A DNA stretch of 63,008 nucleotides, the filler included, from Stramenopiles sp. TOSAG23-2 (Eukaryota): assembly GCA_900128395.1 (NCBI GenBank). It is 25 parts of 25 records of this genome, joined end to end, with 100 filler letters (N's around TTAATTAATTAA, not from the genome) between each part and the next. Parts side by side here need not be neighbours in the genome. Positions count along the whole stretch, not along the records: positions 1 to 2,438 come from LT651741.1; positions 2,539 to 4,975 come from LT651742.1; positions 5,076 to 7,511 come from LT651743.1; positions 7,612 to 10,044 come from LT651744.1; positions 10,145 to 12,577 come from LT651745.1; 20 more parts are not named here. One strand, 5' to 3'. Positions 1 through 10,302 of the stretch are shown here, piece after piece. The translations under genes were made by a program, and so were the position numbers. The notes under the pieces are model-generated. The model did not search any database, was not told the DNA's origin, and saw nothing but the letters and a program-made list of their open reading frames with translations. Position 1 is the first letter of the stretch, and every line of letters begins with the position of its first letter.

Positions 1-312
1 AAATACTATATTTAACGATGTGGGAGGATTACGATTGAATACGCTTACGATATAAATGTACGAGCTTTACTACTACTAATCTATAATTAACTACTATCTA
101 AAAAAAAACACTTAAAACCTACTTTTATCTCAAACTACGGATTTCCCTTTACTATCGTAAATATCTAAAACTACAAGGACGAGGGAGGACCCCACTTCTT
201 GACTATTAGTCCTGAAGTGCGTCTTTCTTTTATTTGATCACAACCCGCCACTCGTAGCAGCAAGTTGTATCTTTACTTTCTTTTCCTTCCGATGATAACA
301 ACGATAACCCCT

Positions 313-828
313 TTACTGAACCGAATCAGTAGGGCCTTCAATTGTTTGTAATGTAAGTCCTCTATTGTCTCCCCATGTTGACAATCTGTCCAACGTACCA
401 ACAATATCATATTTTTCAAATTCTTTGTTTGGGTGTTGAAATTTCATTCCATACAATTCATTCCAACGTTTGCAAACCATGGGTGTTGATGTTTTTTCAA
501 AAATCGTATTGTCCGAACACGTTGCTAAAATTTCTTCTGTTCTTTCACCAACTATTCCACCTGTAAGTACATCACCTGAAAATTCTTCTCTAATGTGCGG
601 TGTTGACCAATGATCTACCGTAATCGCAAATTCAGGATCTTTGTATTCCGACAATGGTGTTCGATCCCATCTTTGTGAATTTTTTTTCGAATTTGATAAA
701 TACGATTCATACATCATGATATAAAACCTTTCCAATGTTCCTGCTGGGACACAAAGAAAAAGCATTAAATGCCCACTGTACATTTTTACATGACCGAATT
801 TGTAAACCCATCGATTTCCTTTTTTCAC
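313..828 (-). CDS. Hypothetical protein; true start uncertain, frame stays open upstream to about 918
   Basis: 171-aa ORF with protein-like composition and no recognised motif. Confidence 0.4.
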   Translation of the reverse strand: MKKGNRWVYKFGHVKMYSGHLMLFLCVPAGTLERFYIMMYESYLSNSKKNSQRWDRTPLSEYKDPEFAITVDHWSTPHIREEFSGDVLTGGIVGERTEEILATCSDNTIFEKTSTPMVCKRWNELYGMKFQHPNKEFEKYDIVGTLDRLSTWGDNRGLTLQTIEGPTDSVQ

Positions 829-1564
829 ATCCTCCCATGTGCTTTTAATTTGTATTAAATAATGATTATTGTTGTGAACATCTGAAGTGAGCTGCTTCGG
901 GAAAAAATATTTTATTGCTTATTGCCTCGAAAAAATATACTGTAAAAAGGTATGTTTGTGTGAATTCCCAAACAAAGCACTCAATGTATGTAACATACAA
1001 ATCTTTTGATGAGAAACAAGATGCCATTAATGCAGTAAAAAGTCGTTGGTGGGAGAACCACACAAGATTTATTACGTTGTTATTACGTATCATTAAATAA
1101 TAATAATAATGTTAATGTTCACGTTTATAATTGCCTGATCTAGCATCCTTGCCCCTTCCTCAATAACATTGACATGCTTTTCGTCCGGAATTAATAAAAG
1201 ACCCATGTTTCTTCAAATTCGTACGAAATTTCCTGTTTTCGTGTTAATCATTAGGGTTTAAGGTTTTTCAGGCTCAATCCCAGTAAGGCTATGCACCTAT
1301 TAATGACTCAACAATCCCAATTTTTTGCTTTATCTCTTATCCAATTGTATTTCAATGCTAATTGCAACAATTGTGCGAATTATTTTATTGTAAAACCACA
1401 CAACACCACACAAATGATGTACCATAATTTCAATAATATATACATACAAAGATATGAAAAGATATCTTGTATCGTATCAAAAAGGAAGAAATCAAAAATA
1501 ACTTCGAATAGAGTTATATGATTAGATAGTTCAATATATATATATAAACGACTAATATTAAAAT

Positions 1565-2233
1565 ATGCGTACATATAACAAGAAAACCTCATCACAAATG
1601 ATGATGATGATGATGATAGTATTAATAATTGTTGCCACGTGTCTGACTACTATTCATAGTGTGAAAATGGCACCACCAGCAGTTGGAAAAAAAAATAGTA
1701 CAAATATTACGGTTATTGGAGCTGCTAATACAGATGCCTGTTCAGATGATCATAAGAAATTTTGTGGTCCGAAAGTTGGCATTGCATTAGATGCATGTAT
1801 GAAAGAACATTATAAAGAGTTAAGTCAAGCATGTATTAAGGCGGAGTTTCAACATTTTAAAAAAGAAAGTAAAAATGAAAGGCAAAACCCTTTGATGAAA
1901 AGCAAATGTGCTGCGGATATAAACAGGTTTTGCAAAGCATTCCCTGGTGATATGGTTACATGTTTAGGTGGTAAGATGGCATTATTATCTAAACCGTGCC
2001 GTTTAATCGTGGAGCTTGAAAAACGCACAAGAAGAGTTGATATACGTTTAAATGGTGGACTCTTTGGTGCATGTGCAGCTGATATTGGTAAACATTGTAA
2101 AAATTTACCACCAGGACGTGGTGCAATTTTATCATGTTTAAAAGAGAAACAACGTGATACAAATATAGCACTTGATACCGGTTGTCAAAAATTATTAACA
2201 AAAGATATTCGTAAAGCTAGTAAAGATGCAAAT
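1565..2233 (+). CDS. Secreted/Golgi cysteine-rich repeat protein (GLG1/Cys_rich_FGFR-like), probably exon 1
   Basis: Hydrophobic signal peptide, then repeats such as CAADINRFC...CL and CAADIGKHC...GRGAILSCL; GTAAGT donor at 2234 suggests an intron. Confidence 0.7.
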
Positions 2234-2405
2234 GTAAGTAAATATATATATTCCTGCCTAAGGTTGGCGGATTACCTTACCTGCCCCCCTAATCTAAAAA
2301 AAACCGCTCCTTTGGTGCCGCACTAATAACTACCTGTCTATTTACATTATATAAACTAAAGGGGGTGTCAGGGGATATATTATATACACATGACAAATAC
2401 TAACA

Positions 2406-2438
<33 letters not shown>

Positions 2439-2538
2439 NNNNNNNNNNNNNNNNNNNNNNNNNNNNNNNNNNNNNNNNNNNNTTAATTAATTAANNNNNN
2501 NNNNNNNNNNNNNNNNNNNNNNNNNNNNNNNNNNNNNN
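2439..2538. other. Artificial contig spacer (44 N + TTAATTAATTAA + 44 N); recurs about every 2.5 kb, 24 times in the window
   Basis: Identical 100-bp linker with stops in all six frames; contig lengths decline steadily from 2437 to about 2411 bp, i.e. length-sorted concatenation. Confidence 0.98.
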
Positions 2539-4717
2539 TCATGATCCTAAAGTTTTTGAAGCATTGGTAAATTACTTAAGAAGCCCGAATGCACCATATA
2601 AAAATAAAATTATGACGTTGTTATTGCAGCTATGTCAATCACCATGGAAGTTTGAAGATCGACCTAATTTCCAACTGCTCTCCGGCGTTGAAAAGGCTGT
2701 CATGAAAAGGGCTGAGACAGAACATGCAAATAATTTATTCTTACCTCAACCCCTCCCATCGCTTGTAGAATTAGTGATGACTGCAAGATTGTCAGCACTG
2801 TCTCAACAAATGAACGATAAAAGGGTATTGAAGCCTATGAATCCAAAGGTCGATGTCACAATTCCGTTAGATCCACCATTGAGTCGTGAAGGGAAAGGAG
2901 AAATACGTCAGTATCTTGAATTGTTAGAAAAAGGAACCAAATTAAAACGTGAGAAGGCATTTACAGATTTAATTCATCTTGTTTCATGTTTGCATGTTAA
3001 TGCTAGAATACCAGATCATTTAGCAAAAGCTGTTTGGTGCCATGCTCGTGGGCTATCCTCTAGTCAATACAAATCGCATTTTGTAAATAGATCAAATATC
3101 TTGATAGAACGTATGGTAAGAGAGCTATCCCAATGGACTAGTGAAATGGATTCCCAATTGGTCAAAGTTTTAAATTTAAAAATGAAAAAGGAAGGGATTG
3201 ATCCAATGAAATTATGGCCTCCTGATTTAAAAATTACAAGTAAAGATAAAAGGGATTTCTCACAACTTCGTGGGATGCAGAATAGTGTCATAGCACAACG
3301 ATTTGTTCTATTAAAAACATTAAATCGTTTAATTAATGGATTGTTAGCATGGATTGATTTTAAAAATGTTTCAAATCAGTGGTCAATTAGTTCAAAGCTG
3401 CAATCAATCAGCCACACTATTTTTTTCTCCGTGAAAAACGATTTTTTACGCGTTGCTATGGATATGACCTGGGGAAACGAACAAGGAAGTGGTTTGAAAG
3501 TTACACTTGATCAAATGTCTTCTGAACGTGCGAAACGTCTCGCTATAAAGGACCCGGAACGACAGTTTGCCAAAAGGGACGCGCAACTAATGTTCGTACA
3601 AATACATAAACAGCTAAAGAAGGCGCAAGTTCGCTTGTTGCGTTCGAAGTTAAAGACAAAAAATGAACGTGGAAAGGAAACCCTTTTTGAAGTCCAATAT
3701 GTTTTAGGGGAAGGTTTAGATTGGGGTGGTCTTTATCGTGATGCTATGAATACAATTATTGACGATTTGTTCTCTGAAAATTTTTCTTTGTTAATTAAAA
3801 CACCAAATGGACGTTCAAAGGAAGGATTTAATCAAGGAAATTATATACCTAATTCAGATTGCGTTTCACCTGAATGTTTCAGTATGTTTGAAACCCTTGG
3901 AAAATTGATGGGGATCTCTATTCGCACGGAAGGTTTCTTCCCATTTAAATTCCCACTTATGATTTACAAGCTGTTATTAACTAAACGTATCGACGTATCA
4001 GATCTCGCATCTATTGATTTATTTGAAGAAAGCCGCCCGCAAGAAAAGAAATTTCGACGCATGGATAGGATACGCCGTATGGAAAATAAAGAAAAGTTTG
4101 AATCAACTCATTCTGGTGCAGGAAATGAACTATATTTCGTAGTCAGAAAAAGCAGTGGTAAATCAAAGCCATTGTTAAATGGTGGAGAAAGCAAGCTGGT
4201 TACTTATAAGAATCGGATAAAATTCTGTGACTTATATGATGAGGCAAGGCTTCATGAATTTGATGAACAAGTAGATGCAATACGACGCGGGTTGTCCTGC
4301 ATAGTACCATTTAGATCATTACAATATTTAACACCAGAGGAATTAGAAATATGTGTTTGTGGTGATCCGGAAATAGACATCAAATTTTGGAAAAGTCATT
4401 CAGATTATACTGGGGCTGGTTTCAATGCTTCTCATGCATTGGCAAAAAGATTTTGGTCTGCAATGGAAGAATTTTCACAACAACAGCGTGTTGCATTTAT
4501 TAAATTTGCATGGGGTAGATCTAGGCTTCCAAGTCGAAATTCAAGGGAAAATTGGAAGTTCAAATTGACCATTAGTAATGCTCCGACTACAAGATTACCT
4601 TTAGCACATACATGCTTTTTCCAAATTGAGCTACCTAAATATCCTACGAAAACTATGATGAAAGAAAGATTAGTTACTGCAATTGAGTATGGTTTGGGTG
4701 GACTTGTAAATAAGTAA
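2539..4717 (+). CDS. HECT-domain E3 ubiquitin ligase, C-terminal part, 5'-truncated
   Basis: GEGLDWGGLYRD, LTPEELEICVCG, FIKFAWGRSRLP and catalytic LPLAHTCFFQIELPKY near the C-terminus. Confidence 0.95.
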
Positions 4718-4856
4718 AAAATATAAAAAAAATTTATTATATAAATCCATAAAAGATGTGGGTATTACAATCAATCCAGTTGAAATTAAAACCACGACGC
4801 ACTTTACGATGAAAAAAAACTAGAAAATGATATAATCATATATATATATATCATTG

Positions 4857-4975
4857 GTGCATTAGAGCTTTACCATAGTAGTAGAATAGCATATTATTCT
4901 TGCGATTGAGTATTTGAGCATATTACTTAACACGAGAAGTGTAAAATTATTATAACTTAGATTTTAACCATCACT
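4857..4975 (+). repeat. Dispersed repeat family A (GTGCATTAGAGCTTTAC...GATTGAGTATTGAGCATATTA); other copies near 17907-17985, 25683-25813 (rc), 26027-26058, 26171-26197 (rc)
   Basis: Near-identical segments on three independent contigs. Confidence 0.85.
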
Positions 4976-5075
4976 NNNNNNNNNNNNNNNNNNNNNNNNN
5001 NNNNNNNNNNNNNNNNNNNTTAATTAATTAANNNNNNNNNNNNNNNNNNNNNNNNNNNNNNNNNNNNNNNNNNNN

Positions 5076-6210
5076 TAGGTGTGGTAGGTGTGGTCGCATC
5101 CACCTGATTTTGTAAAGGTTGGTTCACCTCCTTGGATGTGGGCATGGCAGGCGTGGTAGGGGTGGTCGCATTTTCCATAAACAAGCAAAAGATGCCATTT
5201 CGTTGCAGATTTTGTACCAAGTTGATTTGACATTCACTGAGATTAGGAAGCCGTATATGCATGATTCGTTTTTTCGTTTGTCCATCGGACTTCCGTTTGA
5301 TTCGTCGTATTTTTTTATTGATGTCTGGAATTGGCTGGAGCTTGTAAAACGCCTCCCAGAAGAGCTGCTCAGATTCCATTTCGCGTTGTTGGGAACTTCT
5401 CCACTTGCATGATTCGCAATACTTGATAAAATGATTAAACATGGTTTGTTTCGCTACAACATTGTTTCTTGGTCGTGTCCACCATTTGGAATATTCTACG
5501 CAATGAAACCACCAAAATAAAATGGGGTCAATGATACGTTCGAGTGGATGGTCCGTGCGAAGCGCTTCTGGTACCAAGGGTTTGAATGGAGAGACACTTG
5601 TGTTGAATTCCGCTTCTGGGATAATGGATTTTACTGCAGAGCGTGCTCGTTCCAACAAGATATCATCCACATCTTCTAGCAACCTATGTCTTTCGATATG
5701 TTCTCTGATTGGAAAGCTGAAGCAGTATGTGTCTGGTCGTGGAGGACTGATGGGCCTTGCAAGACGTTCATAATACGAGTCGCTGTAGCCATTCATCTCG
5801 CGGTCCCTCTTAATTTGTTCTGCTGTCCAAGGCTGGCGGTTGCTTGGAGATGGTTTATATTCAAGCTCTTCGTTCATCATGGTTTCTTTTCCCAAGATGA
5901 CGAAATCAAGCAAGAATGTATCCTTGCCAAAATATTTGTCCGCGAGGCGTGTGCAAAAAAACCAGTTTGGTTCTATTTCATGCTTCAGTAGCTTATCGCG
6001 TTGTATATCCTCAATATCTTCCAAAGAAGTTTTTCCACTTTGTGCCAAGATTGCATCCAGTCGTTGAAAGTCATTGTAACGAGATTGAACTTCTTCCACA
6101 GAGGATAGGGACAAGCATTCTAGAGGAGTGTTTCCTTTTAGGACAGAAGATAATGTTGAGTTGTCGTTGTAAATGTTGAACAAGGTTTGGTTGGTAAGTA
6201 TTGCGGGCAT
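5076..6210 (-). CDS. Hypothetical protein whose C-terminal region resembles the C-terminal domain of viral primase-helicases; 3'-truncated
   Basis: EALRTDHPLERIIDPILFWWFHC...KQTMFNHFIKYC...EQLFWEAF...LPNLSECQ pattern; no Walker motifs visible; ends in ATTPTTP repeats. Confidence 0.45.
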
Positions 6211-6465
6211 GGTTGGTATGGTTGATTTGTTTTATATAGTGTATTTTTATTTAGTGTTGGAATAGTCGTTTCTTATGTTGAAAAGCGTTTCCAAGATACA
6301 ATTGCTACATTCAAGCAGCTACTATCGTGCGTTTGGCGCAGTACAACGGAAATTGCATCATGATGCAGTGTCGGTCTATTTGTACGCGGCGGTAATGGTT
6401 TAATAAAAGGTAAAGAATATTCCAAGTCACAATACATATATTGATATATTGCAAGAAATCACCGT

Positions 6466-7371
6466 ATGCCCAAATTTACACGCACCACACAAAGCTTACA
6501 CAAACGCGCGATCCTCCGCAACACAGTAAAGGAGGTAATTGCAGCACCTATCACATGTTCTATTTGCTTTGAAAATAAATGTTTGAACATGCATTGCGAT
6601 ACATGCAAAGGGACAGACAAACATGTTTGTAAATCATGTATTGTTAAGCTCATATCTCTCAGTCCTGGTGCTAAAGCTAGATATCGGTGTCCCCATTGTC
6701 GAAATGTGACAACGCAAGAATGGTTTAAAACGGATGTATCGGCGTTACAAGCCATTAACATTCTATTGCGTGAGCATGTAGATACGGACTCAGACGATTC
6801 TGAGAGGTTTGACTCAGACGAGGACAACGAAGATGATGGGGTGGCTGATTCAGAAGATGAAGAGACAGAAATGATATTCACATCTATTAGAAATGGTAAT
6901 GAGGATGTTGTCAGACGGTGGATCAAAGAAGACCCAATGATTGTCAATCATTGTTCTGAGGTAACTGGTATTCCTGTCACCCATTACATTGCTCAGCATG
7001 GTACAGAAGCATTGCAAATGAAAGTATTTTCTGAACTGGCTACAGATGTTAATGCACTTTATGACACTGGACATACAGTCTTGGCACTTCACCAATATGA
7101 AGATGCATCTGCAGCAGCCTTTCAAGCCATTGTTACAAGACGAGACTTTAAACACGTAAATTATCATGATGGATTTAAGACAATGTTGCATTTTCATCTT
7201 TATTGCTGTTGCATTAGTGGTGCTGATAGTGTGCATCGCTTCAAGGCAATTACGCTGATAAATCACCCAGAAATTGATTTAACGTTGAAAGATTATCGAG
7301 GGCGTACAGCACTGGATGTAGCCAAAACAGGAGGGTTGGAAGATATTCATGCGTTAATAAACAGGAAATGA
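6466..7371 (+). CDS. RING-finger + acidic linker + ankyrin-repeat protein
   Basis: CSIC...C..C...HVCKSC...CPHCR, a D/E-rich tract, and ankyrin motifs (GHTVL, GRTALDVAK). Confidence 0.75.
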   Translation: MPKFTRTTQSLHKRAILRNTVKEVIAAPITCSICFENKCLNMHCDTCKGTDKHVCKSCIVKLISLSPGAKARYRCPHCRNVTTQEWFKTDVSALQAINILLREHVDTDSDDSERFDSDEDNEDDGVADSEDEETEMIFTSIRNGNEDVVRRWIKEDPMIVNHCSEVTGIPVTHYIAQHGTEALQMKVFSELATDVNALYDTGHTVLALHQYEDASAAAFQAIVTRRDFKHVNYHDGFKTMLHFHLYCCCISGADSVHRFKAITLINHPEIDLTLKDYRGRTALDVAKTGGLEDIHALINRK

Positions 7372-7413
7372 AACGATGCAGGTTAAAGTGAGAAGAAGTG
7401 TTAAAGAGATTTT

Positions 7414-7511
7414 TTAATAGGCGTCTTTATTCGTACGAATTCAGATACTCTACATATTTTAATAGGCGTCTTTATTCGTACGAATTCAGATACTCTACAT
7501 TTTTTAATAGG
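7414..7511. repeat. About 44-bp tandem repeat (TTTTAATAGGCGTCTTTATTCGTACGAATTCAGATACTCTACA) running into the contig end
   Basis: Two full copies plus the start of a third. Confidence 0.85.
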
Positions 7512-7836
7512 NNNNNNNNNNNNNNNNNNNNNNNNNNNNNNNNNNNNNNNNNNNNTTAATTAATTAANNNNNNNNNNNNNNNNNNNNNNNNNNNNNNNNN
7601 NNNNNNNNNNNAAAAAAACATAATATGTAATTTTACGGGGGGGGGACCTTTTTTTTTTCAAAAAATTTTTCTTTTTGCCAGTTTTTTTACCTGTGGTATA
7701 ATATTAATTAAGTTTTGGTGGCGAGGTTTGGGGTTCTCTGGATATATATATATAAAAAGAATATTTTTTACGACGTATAAGAGTGTGTGTTCTATAATAA
7801 AAGAAATCAAAGCTCTCTTAATTTTTTTTTTACACA

Positions 7837-10044
7837 CTACCAACGATATTCAACATAAATACTAAAACAACCCGATAAAACCAAAAAAAACCATAAAACA
7901 AAACGTGTTCCAAAAGATAAACCACCCTCTGTACTTCCTGTTTGCCCTGTTAACATATGATATCGCTTCCATACTTCACGATCAGTGTCTGGCCTGTTGA
8001 AATTTTCACTAGGCATATGAAAAATACGTGTAATTTCATTTGGTTCAGAAAGCAAAAGAAATGTTGTGAATGCAAATAATACAAACACAAATAACACAAG
8101 TTTAGTATTTTTTAATACTGGAGCCCGAAAGTTCTTCCCTAACGAGAATCCAATTGCACTAGTATACAAACGGAAACAAAAGAAAACAAAAAACCATCCT
8201 TGTTCATACGAGTCAGTTCTTGTCCAATATTGCCAAACTACAGAATACTCTGATGGATGAACAATATAATTACTGTCACATGTAGTAATGAAAAAACCAA
8301 CAAAAAAGACAACAAGTGAAACTACGTGAAATCGTAAGATGCTAAGAACCGTTTTCTCGCTTAATAAAGATGCAGATGGAGTGTCTACATGCAATAACTT
8401 TCGTGGTTTTGAATATGTCATCAAAGTTGAAACACCAACTACAAATATGAAATCAATCAGGAAGTACCCCAGTGTCGACATTAGAGCTCCCATTCTATAT
8501 CCTGCCATTTTTACTAGAGCAAATAATTGACCATATGTAATTAAAAACTTGTAGCTTGCAAATGAGTTTGTCAATGCGCATCGCCCTTCTAACAATAAAT
8601 TTACTAGACACATCAAACTCTGCTCCTTCGTCGTGAAAGGGGCAACAATGGATGCATCAGTGTCACTTAACGCAAGGCCAACATGCGCAGCTTGCAATGC
8701 GCCGCAATCATTACCTCCATCACCACACATACCGACTGTACGACCAGTCTCTATGAGCATGTTTACCAAATTTTGTTTGTCATCCGGCGACATACGCGCA
8801 TATATTTTAACACGATTTAACATTTCCTTTGAAAAAAATTCATTTTCGCTTAATTCAACAAATGCATTTCCGGTAATTGCCAATTCCAAACTCCGTTGCT
8901 CTTGCGATTGTTGATCATCATGCAGTAAACCCAAAAGCTCTCGCATCGAGTATTGCTTATTAGAATCGTCAAATGTACTCCACTTTATACTGTTATCAAC
9001 AGGATCAATGTCGCCTAAGAGACAATTTGCAGATTTGGGAATAATACCACATGAGCGTGCTACAAAATTGCCACACATTGCATTGTCACCTGTTACCATA
9101 ATACATTCAATCTGTGCATCACTTAATTTCTCAAAAGCTTCTGGAGAAGTAGGTTTCATTTCATTACGAAACAAAATAAGACTCAAGAACTTTAGTCCCT
9201 GCTCTACTTCATCTCGACTTGCACGCTTGCTTCCTCCTTTTTTTGCAGTGTGTTTTTTCGTTGCCAACGCTAGAACGTAAAGACCTTCCAGCGCATATTT
9301 AGCCACATCTTTATGAATACCGGGTGGAATTGTGTCTGGTAAACATAGTTTTAATATACTCTCCGGCGCCCCTTTAACAAATACGGTTTCTGATTTTGAT
9401 TTCAAATTTTGTACAACTACAGACATTGTCATACGGGTGTGATCAAATTTAAATGTTTGCAACGTTTCTAAATGGTATTTATCACCCAACGATGCCGTTG
9501 TTACATTGTTTGTAATGTCTAATTTAAACCGTGAAGCTTTAAACATTTCGATCTCTACGTAGTTTCCAATGTAATCATTATCTAATTTGGCAAGTGCGTG
9601 GCACGTAGCTAAACCATGAAGCACATTGGGGGGAACATTTGCTACATTTCGTTCAACCTTTCCACTCTTATTCGTCGCAACATCCACGCCTATAAAATCC
9701 AACCCATCTTTAGTAATTGTTCCGGTTTTATCAAAACACATGGTTTTAATTTTTCCTGCTAATGCAATACGAGCAGGATCTTTCACGTCAATTTTTCCTG
9801 TACCATTTAATCGATTTGCACTTGCGACTTGTCCAACAATTAACGCCAATGGAATCGCAGGGGATAAAATTTGTGTCGTTGTCCAAATAAAAACTTCCAA
9901 GTAATTCAAGTAATCAGAAACTATACTTCCAGAAAGGTACTGCATGTAACCAGCAAGTAGCCCAAACAGTACACCCATAATTGAAAGCATTGCAAAAACA
10001 GTAACCAAATCAGTGTCCCATTGATACATAACAGGAACAGGGTA
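7837..10044 (-). CDS. P5B-type P-type ATPase (ATP13A-like), 5'-truncated
   Basis: SPAIP M4 motif, CFDKTGT phosphorylation site, KGAPE, MVTGDN, ARMSPDDK, GMCGDGGNDCGAL, C-terminal TM helices. Confidence 0.95.
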   Translation of the reverse strand, partial: YPVPVMYQWDTDLVTVFAMLSIMGVLFGLLAGYMQYLSGSIVSDYLNYLEVFIWTTTQILSPAIPLALIVGQVASANRLNGTGKIDVKDPARIALAGKIKTMCFDKTGTITKDGLDFIGVDVATNKSGKVERNVANVPPNVLHGLATCHALAKLDNDYIGNYVEIEMFKASRFKLDITNNVTTASLGDKYHLETLQTFKFDHTRMTMSVVVQNLKSKSETVFVKGAPESILKLCLPDTIPPGIHKDVAKYALEGLYVLALATKKHTAKKGGSKRASRDEVEQGLKFLSLILFRNEMKPTSPEAFEKLSDAQIECIMVTGDNAMCGNFVARSCGIIPKSANCLLGDIDPVDNSIKWSTFDDSNKQYSMRELLGLLHDDQQSQEQRSLELAITGNAFVELSENEFFSKEMLNRVKIYARMSPDDKQNLVNMLIETGRTVGMCGDGGNDCGALQAAHVGLALSDTDASIVAPFTTKEQSLMCLVNLLLEGRCALTNSFASYKFLITYGQLFALVKMAGYRMGALMSTLGYFLIDFIFVVGVSTLMTYSKPRKLLHVDTPSASLLSEKTVLSILRFHVVSLVVFFVGFFITTCDSNYIVHPSEYSVVWQYWTRTDSYEQGWFFVFFCFRLYTSAIGFSLGKNFRAPVLKNTKLVLFVFVLFAFTTFLLLSEPNEITRIFHMPSENFNRPDTDREVWKRYHMLTGQTGSTEGGLSFGTRFVLWFFLVLSGCFSIYVEYRW

Positions 10045-10302
10045 NNNNNNNNNNNNNNNNNNNNNNNNNNNNNNNNNNNNNNNNNNNNTTAATTAATTAA
10101 NNNNNNNNNNNNNNNNNNNNNNNNNNNNNNNNNNNNNNNNNNNNAGAATACAATAACTGAGACAAATCTATCTCACTAAACTGAAAGATGGACAATGAAA
10201 AAAATATTAAAAAAATACGCGTACATCATACATGATTACACTCTGTCCCTGTATGTCGTGTATTTATATCATAAACTCTTTTTGGGTTTTTCTTATAATA
10301 TT

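Noticed and set aside
1251-1260. TTAGGGTTT telobox-like motifs (also about 16375 and 45081 rc)
   Set aside because: Single copies in AT-rich intergenic DNA; too weak to call
2483-2494. Regularly spaced TTAATTAATTAA 'repeat' every 2.5 kb, and ORFs ending in ...LIN
   Set aside because: Artificial six-frame-stop linker between contigs; not biological and not a CRISPR repeat
8066-9904. Many short antisense ORFs overlapping long genes, here and elsewhere
   Set aside because: Shadow ORFs of real genes with no independent motifs
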